DNA of 64,000 nt from Auanema rhodensis (Eukaryota; Animalia; Nematoda): assembly GCA_964057225.1 (NCBI GenBank), contig CAXKVF010000073.1, positions 1,178,001 through 1,242,000 of the forward strand. Reading direction: 5' to 3'. The position numbers were made by a program, and so were the translations under genes. This document shows, one piece after another, positions 28,864-44,701 of this stretch (its first letter is position 1; each line of letters opens with the position of its first letter). Under the pieces are notes generated by a model. It saw only the letters and a program-made list of their open reading frames with translations, was not told the origin of the DNA and searched no databases.

Positions 28864-31800
28864 CTAATTTTGAAAACCGCATCTCTTTATCTTTCACGTG
28901 AAGCGAGTTACATACCAAGTGCACATCACGTGTACATTTAATTAGCATAAATTAAAGTTCACGTAAATTTCAAAGTCATGGTTACCATGAACCAATATCA
29001 ATAAAAATTTGTTTTTAGACTAATATGGACATGGGGAATCTAATTTTGAAAACCGCATCTCTTTATCTTTCACGTGAAGCGAGTTACATACCAAGTGCAC
29101 ATCACGTGTACATTTAATTAGCATAAATTAAAGTTCACGTAAATTTCAAAGTCATGGTTACCATGAACCAATATCAATAAAAATTTGTTTTTAGACTAAT
29201 ATGGACATGGGGAATCTAATTTTGAAAACCGCATCTCTTTATCTTTCACGTGAAGCGAGTTACATACCAAGTGCACATCACGTGTACATTTAATTAGCAT
29301 AAATTAAAGTTCACGTAAATTTCAAAGTCATGGTTACCATGAAGCAATATCAATAAAAATTTGTTTTTAGACTAATATGGACATGGGGAATCTAATTTTG
29401 AAAACCGCATCTCTTTATCTTTCACGTGAAGCGAGTTACATACCAAGTGCACATCACGTGTACATTTAATTAGCATAAATTAAAGTTCACGTAAATTTCA
29501 AAGTCATGGTTACCATGAACCAATATCAATAAAAATTTGTTTTTAGACTAATATGGACATGGGGAATCTAATTTTGAAAACCGCATCTCTTTATCTTTCA
29601 CGTGAAGCGAGTTACATACCAAGTGCACATCACGTGTACATTTAATTAGCATAAATTAAAGTTCACGTAAATTTCAAAGTCATGGTTACCATGAACCAAT
29701 ATCAATAAAAATTTGTTTTTAGACTAATATGGACATGGGGAATCTAATTTTGAAAACCGCATCTCTTTATCTTTCACGTGAAGCGAGTTACATACCAAGT
29801 GCACATCACGTGTACATTTAATTAGCATAAATTAAAGTTCACGTAAATTTCAAAGTCATGGTTACCATGAACCAATATCAATAAAAATTTGTTTTTAGAC
29901 TAATATGGACATGGGGAATCTAATTTTGAAAACCGCATCTCTTTATCTTTCACGTGAAGCGAGTTACATACCAAGTGCACATCACGTGTACATTTAATTA
30001 GCATAAATTAAAGTTCACGTAAATTTCAAAGTCATGGTTACCATGAAGCAATATCAATAAAAATTTGTTTTTAGACTAATATGGACATGGGGAATCTAAT
30101 TTTGAAAACCGCATCTCTTTATCTTTCACGTGAAGCGAGTTACATACCAAGTGCACATCACGTGTACATTTAATTAGCATAAATTAAAGTTCACGTAAAT
30201 TTCAAAGTCATGGTTACCATGAACCAATATCAATAAAAATTTGTTTTTAGACTAATATGGACATGGGGAATCTAATTTTGAAAACCGCATCTCTTTATTT
30301 TTCACGTGAAGCGAGTTACATACCAAGTGCACATCACGTGTACATTTAATTAGCATAAATTAAAGTTCACGTAAATTTCAAAGTCATGGTTACCATGAAC
30401 CAATATCAATAAAAATTTGTTTTTAGACTAATATGGACATGGGGAATCTAATTTTGAAAACCGCATCTCTTTATCTTTCACGTGAAGCGAGTTACATACC
30501 AAGTGCACATCACGTGTACATTTAATTAGCATAAATTAAAGTTCACGTAAATTTCAAAGTCATGGTTACCATGAACCAATATCAATAAAAATTTGTTTTT
30601 AGACTAATATGAACATGGGGAATCTAATTTTGAAAACCGCATCTCTTTATCTTTCACGTGAAGCGAGTTACATACCAAGTGCACATCACGTGTACATTTA
30701 ATTAGCATAAATTAAAGTTCACGTAAATTTCAAAGTCATGGTTACCATGAAGCAATATCAATAAAAATTTGTTTTTAGACTAATATGGACATGGGGAATC
30801 TAATTTTGAAAACCGCATCTCTTTATCTTTCACGTGAAGCGAGTTACATACCAAGTGCACATCACGTGTACATTTAATTAGCATAAATTAAAGTTCACGT
30901 AAATTTCAAAGTCATGGTTACCATGAAGCAATATCAATAAAAATTTGTTTTTAGACTAATATGGACATGGGGAATCTAATTTTGAAAACCGCATCAATTT
31001 ATCTTTCACGTGAAGCGAGTTACATACCAAGTGCACATCACGTGTACATTTAATTAGCATAAATTAAAGTTCACGTAAATTTCAAAGTCATGGTTACCAT
31101 GAACCAATATCAATAAAAATTTGTTTTTAGACTAATATGGACATGAGGAATCTAATTTTGAAAACCGCATCTCTTTATCTTTCACGTGAAGCGAGTTACA
31201 TACCGAGTGCACATCACGTGTACATTTAATTAGCATAAATTAAAGTTCACGTAAATTTCAAAGTCATGGTTACCATGAACCAATATCAATAAAAATTTGT
31301 TTTTAGACTAATATGGACATGGGGAATCTAATTTTGAAAACCGCATCTCTTTATCTTTCACGTGAAGCGAGTTACATACCAAGTGCACATCACGTGTACA
31401 TTTAATTAGCATAAATTAAAGTTCACGTAAATTTCAAAGTCATGGTTACCATGAACCAATATCAATAAAAATTTGTTTTTAGACTAATATGGACATAGGG
31501 AATCTAATTTTGAAAACCGCATCTCTTTATCTTTCACGTGAAGCGAGTTACATACCAAGTGCACATCACGTGTACATTTAATTAGCATAAATTAAAGTTC
31601 ACGTAAATTTCAAAGTCATGGTTACCATGAACCAATATCAATAAAAATTTGTTTTTAGACTAATATGGACATGGGGAATCTAATTTTGAAAACCGCATCT
31701 CTTTATCTTTCACGTGAAGCGAGTTACATACCAAGTGCACATCACGTGTACATTTAATTAGCATAAATTAAAGTTCACGTAAATTTCAAAGTCATGGTTA

Positions 31801-34143
31801 CCATGAACCAATATCAATAAAAATTTGTTTTTAGACTAATATGAACATGGGGAATCTAATTTTGGAAACCGCATCTCTTTATCTTTCACGTGAAGCGAGT
31901 TACATACCAAGTGCACATCACGAGTACATTTAATTAGCATAAATTAAAGTTCACGTAAATTTCAAAGTCATGGTTACCATGAAGCAATATCAATAAAAAT
32001 TTGTTTTTAGACTAATATGGACATGAGGAATCTAATTTTGAAAACCGCATCTCTTTATCTTTCACGTGAAGCGAGTTACATACCAAGTGCACATCACGTG
32101 TACATTTAATTAGCATAAATTAAAGTTCACGTAAATTTCAAAGTCATGGTTACCATGAACCAATATCAATAAAAATTTGTTTTTAGACTAATATGGACAT
32201 GGGGAATCTAATTTTGAAAACCGCATCTCTTTATCTTTCACGTGAAGCGAGTTACATACCAAGTGCACATCACGTGTACATTTAATTAGCATAAATTAAA
32301 GTTCACGTAAATTTCAAAGTCATGGTTACCATGAACCAATATCAATAAAAATTTGTTTTTAGACTAATATGAACATGGGGAATCTAATTTTGGAAACCGC
32401 ATATCTTTATCTTTCACGTGAAGCGAGTTACATACCAAGTGCACATCACGTGTACATTTAATTAGCATAAATTAAAGTTCACGTAAATTTCAAAGTCATG
32501 GTTACCATGAACCAATATCAATAAAAATTTGTTTTTAGACTAATATGGACATGGGGAATCTAATTTTGAAAACCGCATCTCTTTATCTTTCACGTGAAGC
32601 GAGTTACATACCAAGTGCACATCACGTGTACATTTAATTAGCATAAATTAAAGTTCACGTAAAATTCAAAGTCATGGTTACCATGAACCAATATCAATAA
32701 AAATTTGTTTTTAGACTAATATGGACATGGGGAATCTAATTTTGAAAACCGCATCTCTTTATCTTTCACGTGAAGCGAGTTACATACCAAGTGCACATCA
32801 CGTGTACATTTAATTAGCATAAATTAAAGTTCACGTAAAATTCAAAGTCATGGTTACCATGCACCAATATCAATAAAAATTTGTTTTTAGACTAATATGG
32901 ACATAGGGAATCTAATTTTGAAAACCGCATCTCTTTATCTTTCACGTGAAGCGAGTTACATACCAAGTGCACATCACGTGTACATTTAATTAGCATAAAT
33001 TAAAGTTCACGTAAATTTCAAAGTCATGGTTACCATGCACCAATATCAATAAAAATTTGTTTTTAGACTAATATGGACATGGGGAATCTAATTTTGAAAA
33101 CCGCATCTCTTTATCTTTCACGTGAAGCGAGTTACATACCAAGTGCACATCACGTGTACATTTAATTAGCATAAATTAAAGTTCACGTAAATTTCAAAGT
33201 CATGGTTACCATGAACCAATATCAATAAAAATTTGTTTTTAGACTAATATGGACATGGGGAATCTAATTTTGAAAACCGCATCTCTTTATCTTTCACGTG
33301 AAGCGAGTTACATACCAAGTGCACATCACGTGTACATTTAATTAGCATAAATTAAAGTTCACGTAAAATTCAAAGTCATGGTTACCATGCACCAATATCA
33401 ATAAAAATTTGTTTTTAGACTAATATGGACATATTGAATCTAATTTTGAAAACCGCATCTCTTTATCTTTCACGTGAAGCGAGTTACATACCAAGTGCAC
33501 ATCACGTGTACATTTAATTAGCATAAATTAAAGTTCACGTAAATTTCAAAGTCATGGTTACCATGCACCAATATCAATAAAAATTTGTTTTTAGACTAAT
33601 ATGGACATGGGGAATCTAATTTTGAAAACCGCATCTCTTTATCTTTCACGTGAAGCGAGTTACATACCAAGTGCACATCACGTGTACATTTAATTAGCAT
33701 AAATTAAAGTTCACGTAAATTTCAAAGTCATGGTTACCATGAACCAATATCAATAAAAATTTGTTTTTAGACTAATATGGACATGGGGAATCTAATTTTG
33801 AAAACCGCATCTCTTTATCTTTCACGTGAAGCGAGTTACATACCAAGTGCACATCACGTGTACATTTAATTAGCATAAATTAAAGTTCACGTAAATTTCA
33901 AAGTCATGGTTACCATGAACCAATATCAATAAAAATTTGTTTTTAGACTAATATGAACATGGGGAATCTAATTTTGGAAACCGCATCTCATTATCTTTCA
34001 CGTGAAGCGAGTTACATACCAAGTGCACATCACGTGTACATTTAATTAGCATAAATTAAAGTTCACGTAAATTTCAAAGTCATGGTTACCATGAAGCAAT
34101 ATCAATAAAAATTTGTTTTTAGACTAATATGGACATGGGGAAT

Positions 34144-35903
34144 CTAATTTTGAAAACCGCATCTCTTTATCTTTCACGTGAAGCGAGTTACATACCAAGT
34201 GCACATCACGTGTACATTTAATTAGCATAAATTAAAGTTCACGTAAAATTCAAAGTCATGGTTACCATGCACCAATATCAATAAAAATTTGTTTTTAGAC
34301 TAATATGGACATGGGGAATCTAATTTTGAAAACCGCATCTCTTTATCTTTCACGTGAAGCGAGTTACATACCAAGTGCACATCACGTGTACATTTAATTA
34401 GCATAAATTAAAGTTCACGTAAATTTCAAAGTCATGGTTACCATGCACCAATATCAATAAAAATTTGTTTTTAGACTAATATATACATGGGGAATCTAAT
34501 TTTGAAAACCGCATCTCTTTATCTTTCACGTGAAGCGAGTAACATACCAAGTGCACATCACGTGTACATTTAATTAGCATAAATTAAAGTTCACGTAAAT
34601 TTCAAAGTCATGGTTACCATGAACCAATATCAATAAAAATTTGTTTTTAGACTAATATGGACATGGGGAATCTAATTTTGAAAACCGCATCTCTTTATCT
34701 TTCACGTGAAGCGAGTTACATACCAAGTGCACATCACGTGTACATTTAATTAGCATAAATTAAAGTTCACGTAAATTTCAAAGTCATGGTTACCATGAAC
34801 CAATATCAATAAAAATTTGTTTTTAGACTAATATGGACATGGGGAATCTAATTTTGAAAACCGCATCTCTTTATCTTTCACGTGAAGCGAGTTACATACC
34901 GAGTGCACATCACGTGTACATTTAATTAGCATAAATTAAAGTTCACGTAAATTTCAAAGTCATGGTTACCATGAACCAATATCAATAAAAATTTGTTTTT
35001 AGACTAATATGGACATGGGGAATCTAATTTTGAAAACCGCATCTCTTTATCTTTCACGTGAAGCGAGTTACATACCAAGTGCACATCACGTGTACATTTA
35101 ATTAGCATAAATTAAAGTTCACGTAAAATTCAAAGTCATGGTTACCATGCACCAATATCAATAAAAATTTGTTTTTAGACTAATATGGACATGGGGAATC
35201 TAATTTTGAAAACCGCATCTCTTTATCTTTCACGTGAAGCGAGTTACATACCAAGTGCACATCACGTGTACATTTAATTAGCATAAATTAAAGTTCACGT
35301 AAATTTCAAAGTCATGGTTACCATGCACCAATATCAATAAAAATTTGTTTTTAGACTAATATGGACATGGGGAATCTAATTTTGAAAACCGCATCTCTTT
35401 ATCTTTCACGTGAAGCGAGTAACATACCAAGTGCACATCACGTGTACATTTAATTAGCATAAATTAAAGTTCACGTAAATTTCAAAGTCATGGTTACCAT
35501 GAACCAATATCAATAAAAATTTGTTTTTAGACTAATATGGACATGGGGAATCTAATTTTGAAAACCGCATCTCTTTATCTTTCACGTGAAGCGAGTTACA
35601 TACCAAGTGCACATCACGTGTACATTTAATTAGCATAAATTAAAGTTCACGTAAATTTCAAAGTCATGGTTACCATGAACCAATATCAATAAAAATTTGT
35701 TTTTAGACTAATATGGACATGGGGAATCTAATTTTGAAAACCGCATCTCTTTATCTTTCACGTGAAGCGAGTTACATACCAAGTGCACATCACGTGTACA
35801 TTTAATTAGCATAAATTAAAGTTCACGTAAATTTCAAAGTCATGGTTACCATGAACCAATATCAATAAAAATTTGTTTTTAGACTAATATGGACATGGGG
35901 AAT
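34144..35903 (+). repeat. 5-monomer (880 bp) tandem duplication
   Basis: Rare gagtaacat at 34541/35421 and T105A at 34248/35128. Confidence 0.75.
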
Positions 35904-38719
35904 CTAATTTTGAAAACCGCATCTCTTTATCTTTCACGTGAAGCGAGTTACATACCAAGTGCACATCACGTGTACATTTAATTAGCATAAATTAAAGTTC
36001 ACGTAAAATTCAAAGTCATGGTTACCAAGCACCAATATCAATGAAAATTTGTTTTTAGACTAATATGGACATGGGGAATCTAATTTTGAAAACCGCATCT
36101 CTTTATCTTTCACGTGAAGCGAGTTACATACCAAGTGCACATCACGTGTACATTTAATTAGCATAAATTAAAGTTCACGTAAATTTCAAAGTCATGGTTA
36201 CCATGAACCAATATCAATAAAAATTTGTTTTTAGACTAATATGGACATGGGGAATCTAATTTTGAAAACCGCATCTCTTTATCTTTCACGTGAAGCGAGT
36301 TACATACCAAGTGCACATCACGTGTACATTTAATTAGCATAAATTAAAGTTCACGTAAATTTCAAAGTCATGGTTACCATGAACCAATATCAATAAAAAT
36401 TTGTTTTTAGACTAATATGGACATGGGGAATCTAATTTTGAAAACCGCATCTCTTTATCTTTCACGTGAAGCGAGTTACATACCAAGTGCACATCACGTG
36501 TACATTTAATTAGCATAAATTAAAGTTCACGTAAATTTCAAAGTCATGGTTACCATGCACCAATATCAATAAAAATTTGTTTTTAGACTAATATGGACAT
36601 GGGGAATCTAATTTTGAAAACCGCATCTCTTTATCTTTCACGTGAAGCGAGTTACATACCAAGTGCACATCACGTGTACATTTAATTAGCATAAATTAAA
36701 GTTCACGTAAATTTCAAAGTCATGGTTACCATGAACCAATATCAATAAAAATTTGTTTTTAGACTAAGATGGACATGGGTAATCTAATTTTGAAAACCGC
36801 ATCTCTTTATCTTTCACGTGAAGCGAGTTACATACCAAGTGCACATCACGTGTACATTTATTTAGCATAAATTAAAGTTCACGTAAATTTCAAAGTCATG
36901 GTTACCATGCACCAATATCAATAAAAATTTGTTTTTAGACTAATATGGACATATGGAATCTAATTTTGAAAACCGCATCTCCTTATCTTTCACGTGAAGC
37001 GAGTTACATACCAAGTGCACATCACGTGTACATTTAATTAGCATAAATTAAAGTTCACGTAAATTTCAAAGTCATGTTTACCATGCACCAATATCAATAA
37101 AAATTTGTTTTTAGACTAATATGGACATGGGGAATCTAATTTTGAAAACCGCATCTCTTTATCTTTCACGTGAAGCGAGTTACATACCAAGTGCACATCA
37201 CGTGTACATTTAATTAGCATAAATTAAAGTTCACGTAAATTTCAAAGTCATGGTTACCATGCACCAATATCAATAAAAATTTGTTTTTAGACTAATATGG
37301 ACATGGGGAATCTAATTTTGAAAACCGCATCTCTTCATCTTTCACGTGAAGCGAGTTACATACCAAGTGCACATCACGTGTACATTTAATTAGCATAAAT
37401 TAAAGTTCACGTAACTTTCAAAGTCATGGTTACCATGCACCAATATCAATAAAAATTTGTTTTTAGACTAATATGGACATGGGGAATCTAATTTTGAAAA
37501 CCGCATCTCTTTATCTTTCACGTGAAGCGAGTTACATACTAAGTGCACATCACGTGTACATTTAATTAGCATAAATTAAAGTTCACGTAAATTTCAAAGT
37601 CATGGTTACCATGCACCAATATCAATAAAAATTTGTTTTTAGACTAATATGGACATGGGGAATCTAATTTTGAAAACCGCATCTCTTTATCTTTCACGTG
37701 AAGCGAGTTACATACCAAGTGCACATCACGTGTACATTTAATTAGCATAAATTAAAGTTCACGTAAATTTCAAAGTCATGGTTACCATGAACCAATATCA
37801 ATAAAAATTTGTTTTTAGACTAATATGGACATGGGGAATCTAATTTTGAAAACCGCATCTCTTTATCTTTCACGTAACGCGAGTTACATACCAAGTGCAC
37901 ATCACGTGTACATTTAATTAGCATAAATTAAAGTTCACGTAAATTTCAAAGTCATGGTTACCATGCACCAATATCAATAAAAATTTGTTTTGAAACTAAT
38001 ATGGACATGGGGAATCTAATTTTGAAAACCGCATCTCTTTATCTTTCACGTGAAGCGAGTTACATACCAAGTGCACATCACGTGTACATTTAATTAGCAT
38101 AAATTAAAGTTCACGTAAATTTCAAAGTCATGGTTACCATGAACCAATATCAATAAAAATTTGTTTTTAGACTAATATGGACATGGGGAATCTAATTTTG
38201 GAAACCGCATCTCTTTATCTTTCACGTGAAGCGAGTTACATACCAAGTGCACATCACGTATACATTTAATTAGCATAAATTAAAGTTCACGTAAATTTCA
38301 AAGTCATGGTTACCATGAACCAATATCAATAAAAATTTGTTTTTAGACTAATATGGACATGGGGAATCTAATTTTGAAAACCGCATCTCTTTATCTTTCA
38401 CGTGAAGCGAGTTACATACCAAGTGCACATCACGTGTACATTTAATTAGCATAAATTAAAGTTCACGTAAATTTCAAAGTCATGGTTACCATGAACCAAT
38501 ATCAATAAAAATTTGTTTTTAGACTAATATGGACATGGGGAATCTAATGTTGAAAACCGCATCTCTTTATCTTTCACGTGAAGCGAGTTACATACCAAGT
38601 GCACATCACGTGTACATTTAATTAGCATAAATTAAAGTTCACGTAAATTTCAAAGTCATGGTTACCATGAACCAATATCAATAAAAATTTGTTTTTAGAC
38701 TAATATGGACATGGGGAAT

Positions 38720-41700
38720 CTAATTTTGAAAACCGCATCTCTTTATCTTTCACGTGAAGCGAGTTACATACCAAGTGCACATCACGTATACATTTAATTA
38801 GCATAAATTAAAGTTCACGTAAATTTCAAAGTCATGGTTACCATGAACCAATATCAATAAAAATTTGTTTTTAGACTAATATGGACATGGGGAATCTAAT
38901 TTTGAAAACCGCATCTCTTTATCTTTCACGTGAAGCGAGTTACATACCAAGTGCACATCACGTGTACATTTAATTAGCATAAATTAAAGTTCACGTAAAT
39001 TTCAAAGTCATGGTTACCATGAACCAATATCAATAAAAATTTGTTTTTAGACTAATATGGACATGGGGAATCTAATTTTGAAAACCGCATCTCTTTATCT
39101 TTCACGTGAAGCGAGTTACATACCAAGTGCACATCACGTGTACATTTAATTAGCATAAATTAAAGTTCACGTAAATTTCAAAGTCATGGTTACCATGAAC
39201 CAATATCAATAAAAATTTGTTTTTAGACTAATATGGACATGGGGAATCTAATTTTGAAAACCGCATCTCTTTATCTTTCACGTGAAGCGAGTTACATACC
39301 AAGTGCACATCACGTATACATTTAATTAGCATAAATTAAAGTTCACGTAAATTTCAAAGTCATGGTTACCATGAACCAATATCAATAAAAATTTGTTTTT
39401 AGACTAATATGGACATGGGGAATCTAATTTTGAAAACCGCATCTCTTTATCTTTCACGTGAAGCGAGTTACATACCAAGTGCACATCACGTGTACATTTA
39501 ATTAGCATAAATTAAAGTTCACGTAAATTTCAAAGTCATGGTTACCATGAACCAATATCAATAAAAATTTGTTTTTAGACTAATATGGACATGGGGAATC
39601 TAATTTTGAAAACCGTATCTCTTTATCTTTCACGTGAAGCGAGTTACATACCAAGTGCACATCACGTGTACATTTAATTAGCATAAATTAAAGTTCACGT
39701 AAATTTCAAAGTCATGGTTACCATGAACCAATATCAATAAAAATTTGTTTTTAGACTAATATGGACATGGGGAATCTAATTTTGAAAACCGCATCTCTTT
39801 ATCTTTCACGTGTAGCGAGTTACATACCAAGTGCACATCACGTATACATTTAATTAGCATAAATTAAAGTTCACGTAAATTTCAAAGTCATGGTTACCAT
39901 GAACCAATATCAATAAAAATTTGTTTTTAGACTAATATGGACATGGGGAATCTAATTTTGAAAACCGCATCTCTTTATCTTTCACGTGAAGCGAGTTACA
40001 TACCAAGTGCACATCACGTGTACATTTAATTAGCATAAATTAAAGTTCACGTGAATTTCAAAGTCATGGTTACCATGAACCAATATCAATAAAAATTTGT
40101 TTTTAGACTAATATGGACATGGGGAATCTAATTTTGAAAACCGCATCTCTTTATCTTTCACGTGAAGCGAGTTACATACCAAGTGCACATCACGTGTACA
40201 TTTAATTAGCATAAATTAAAGTTCACGTAAATTTCAAAGTCATGGTTACCATGCACCAATATCAATAAAAATTTGTTTTTAGACTAATATGGACATGGGG
40301 AATCTAATTTTGAAAACCGCATCTCTTTATCTTTCACGTGAAGCGAGTTACATACCAAGTGCACATCACGTGTACATTTAATTAGCATAAATTAAAGTTC
40401 ACGTAAATTTCAAAGTCATGGTTACCATGCACCAATATCAATAAAAATTTGTTTTTAGACTAATATGGACATGGGGAATCTAATTTTGAAAACCGCATCT
40501 CTTTATCTTTCACGTGAAGCGAGTTACATACCAAGTGCACATCACGTGTACATTTAATTAGCATAAATTAAAGTTCACGTAAATTTCAAAGTCATGGTTA
40601 CCATGAACCAATATCAATAAAAATTTGTTTTAGACTAATATGGACATGGGGAATCTAATTTTGAAAACCGCATCTCTTTATCTTTCACGTGAAGCGAGTT
40701 ACATACCAAGTGCACATCACGTGTACATTTAATTAGCATAAATTAAAGTTCACGTAAATTTCAAAGTCATGGTTACCATGAACCAATATCAATAAAAATT
40801 TGTTTTTAGACTAATATGGACATGGGGAATCTAATTTTGAAAACCGCATCTCTTTATTTTTCACGTGAAGCGAGTTACATACCAAGTGCACATCACGGGT
40901 ACATTTAATTAGCATAAATTAAAGTTCACGTAAATTTCAAAGTCATGGTTACCATGCACCAATATCAATAAAAATTTGTTTTTAGACTAATATGGACATG
41001 GGGAATCTAATTTTAAAAACCGCATCTCTTTATCTTTCACGTGAAGCGAGTTACATACCAAGTGCACATCACGTGTACATTTAATTAGCATAAATTAAAG
41101 TTCACGTAAATTTCAAAGTCATGGTTACCATGAACCAATATCAATAAAAATTTGTTTTTAGACTAATATGGACATGGGGAATCTAATTTTGAAAACCGCA
41201 TCTCTTTATTTTTCACGTGAAGCGAGTTACATACCAAGTGCACATCACGGGTACATTTAATTAGCATAAATTAAAGTTCACGTAAATTTCAAAGTCATGG
41301 TTACCATGCACCAATATCAATAAAAATTTGTTTTTAGACTAATATGGACATGGGGAATCTAATTTTGAAAACCGCATCTCTTTATCTTTCACGTGAAGCG
41401 AGTTACATACCAAGTGCACATCACGTGTACATTTAATTAGCATAAATTAAAGTTCACGTAAATTTCAAAGTCATGGTTACCATGAACCAATATCAATAAA
41501 AATTTGTTTTTAGACTAATATGGACATGAGGAATCTAATTTTGAAAACCGCATCTCCTTATCTTTCACGTGAAGCGAGTTACATACCAAGTGCACATCAC
41601 GTGTACATTTAATTAGCATAAATTAAAGTTCACGTAAATTTCAAAGTCATGGTTACCATGCACCAATATCAATAAAAATTTGTTTTTAGACTAATATGGA

Positions 41701-43200
41701 CATGGGGAATCTAATTTTGGAAACCGCATCTCTTTATCTTTCACGTGACGCGAGTTACATACCAAGTGCACATCACGTGTACATTTAATTAGCATAAATT
41801 AAAGTTCACGTAAATTTCAAAGTCATGGTTACCATGAACCAATATCAATAAAAATTTGTTTTTAGACTAATATGGACATGGGGAATCTAATTTTGAAAAC
41901 CGCATCTCTTTATCTTTCACGTGAAGCGAGTTACATACCAAGTGCACATCACGTGTACATTTAATTAGCATAAATTAAAGTTCACGTAAATTTCAAAGTC
42001 ATGGTTACCATGAACCAATATCAATAAAAATTTGTTTTTAGACTAATATGGACATGGGGAATCTAATTTTGAAAACCGCATCTCTTTATCTTTCACGTGA
42101 AGCGAGTTACATACCAAGTGCACATCACGTATACATTTAATTAGCATAAATTAAAGTTCACGTAAATTTCAAAGTCATGGTTACCATGAACCAATATCAA
42201 TAAAAATTTGTTTTTAGACTAATATGGACATGGGGAATCTAATTTTGAAAACCGCATCTCTTTATCTTTCACGTGAAGCGAGTTACATACCAAGTGCACA
42301 TCACGTGTACATTTAATTAGCATAAATTAAAGTTCACGTAAATTTCAAAGTCATGGTTACCATGAACCAATATCAATAAAAATTTGTTTTTAGACTAATA
42401 TGGACATGGGGAATCTAATTTTGAAAACCGCATCTCTTTATCTTTCACGTGAAGCGAGTTACATACCAAGTGCACATCACGTGTACATTTAATTAGCATA
42501 AATTAAAGTTCACGTAAATTTCAAAGTCATGGTTACCATGAACCAATATCAATAAAAATTTGTTTTTAGACTAATATGGACATGGGGAATCTAATTTTGA
42601 AAACCGCATCTCTTTATCTTTCACGTGAAGCGAGTTACATACCAAGTGCACATCACGTATACATTTAATTAGCATAAATTAAAGTTCACGTAAATTTCAA
42701 AGTCATGGTTACCATGAACCAATATCAATAAAAATTTGTTTTTAGACTAATATGGACATGGGGAATCTAATTTTGAAAACCGCATCTCTTTATCTTTCAC
42801 GTGAAGCGAGTTACATACCAAGTGCACATCACGTGTACATTTAATTAGCATAAATTAAAGTTCACGTAAATTTCAAAGTCATGGTTACCATGAACCAATA
42901 TCAATAAAAATTTGTTTTTAGACTAATATGGACATGGGGAATCTAATTTTGAAAACCGTATCTCTTTATCTTTCACGTGAAGCGAGTTACATACCAAGTG
43001 CACATCACGTGTACATTTAATTAGCATAAATTAAAGTTCACGTAAATTTCAAAGTCATGGTTACCATGAACCAATATCAATAAAAATTTGTTTTTAGACT
43101 AATATGGACATGGGGAATCTAATTTTGAAAACCGCATCTCTTTATCTTTCACGTGTAGCGAGTTACATACCAAGTGCACATCACGTATACATTTAATTAG
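38720..43200 (+). repeat. Block repeated at a 19-monomer offset (3343 bp)
   Basis: G69A 38788/42131 and 39316/42659, accgtat 39616/42959, gtgtag 39813/43156; the offset is 19x176-1 because of the deletion near 40630. Confidence 0.88.
40831..41534 (+). repeat. 2-monomer (352 bp) tandem duplication
   Basis: Linked C28T and T68G at 40858/40898 recur at 41210/41250. Confidence 0.85.
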
Positions 43201-44701
43201 CATAAATTAAAGTTCACGTAAATTTCAAAGTCATGGTTACCATGCACCAATATCAATAAAAATTTGTTTTTAGACTAATATGGACATGGGGAATCTAATT
43301 TTGAAAACCGCTTCTCTTTATCTTTCACGTGAAGCGAGTTACATACCAAGTGCACATCACGTGTACATTTAATTAGCATAAATTAAAGTTCACGTAAAAT
43401 TCAAAGTCATGGTTACCATGAACCAATATCAATAAAAATTTGTTTTTAGACTAATATGGACATGGGGAATCTAATTTTGAAAACCGCATCTCTTTATCTT
43501 TCACGTGAAGCGAGTTACATACCAAGTGCACATCACGTGTACATTTAATTAGCATAAATTAAAGTTCACGTAAATTTCAAAGTCATGGTTACCATGCACC
43601 AATATCAATAAAAATTTGTTTTAGACTAATATGGACATGGGGAATCTAATTTTGAAAACCGCATCTCTTTATCTTTCACGTGAAGCGAGTTACATACCAA
43701 GTGCACATCACGTGTACATTTAATTAGCATAAATTAAAGTTCACGTAAATTTCAAAGTCATGGTTACCATGAACCAATATCAATAAAAATTTGTTTTTAG
43801 ACTAATATGGACATGGGGAATCTAATTTTGAAAACCGCATCTCTTTATCTTTCACGTGAAGCGAGTTACATACCAAGTGCACATCACGGGTACATTTAAT
43901 TAGCATAAATTAAAGTTCACGTAAATTTCAAAGTCATGGTTACCATGCACCAATATCAATAAAAATTTGTTTTTAGACTAATATGGACATGGGGAATCTA
44001 ATTTTGAAAACCGCATCTCTTTATCTTTCACGTGAAGCGAGTTACATACCAAGTGCACATCACGTGTACATTTAATTAGCATAAATTAAAGTTCACGTAA
44101 ATTTCAAAGTCATGGTTACCATGAACCAATATCAATAAAAATTTGTTTTTAGACTAATATGGACATGGGGAATCTAATTTTGAAAACCGCATCTCCTTAT
44201 CTTTCACGTGAAGCGAGTTACATACCAAGTGCACATCACGTGTACATTTAATTAGCATAAATTAAAGTTCACGTAAATTTCAAAGTCATGGTTACCATGC
44301 ACCAATATCAATAAAAATTTGTTTTTAGACTAATATGGACATGGGGAATCTAATTTTGAAAACCGCATCTCTTTATCTTTCACGTGAAGCGAGTTACATA
44401 CCAAGTGCACATCACGTGTACATTTAATTAGCATAAATTAAAGTTCACGTAAATTTCAAAGTCATGGTTACCATGCACCAATATCAATAAAAATTTGTTT
44501 TTAGACTAATATGGACATGGGGAATCTAATTTTGAAAACCGCATCTCTTTATCTTTCACGTGAAGCGAGTTACATACCAAGTGCACATCACGTGTACATT
44601 TAATTAGCATAAATTAAAGTTCACGTAAATTTCAAAGTCATGGTTACCATGAACCAATATCAATAAAAATTTGTTCTTAGACTAATATGGACATGGGGAA
44701 T

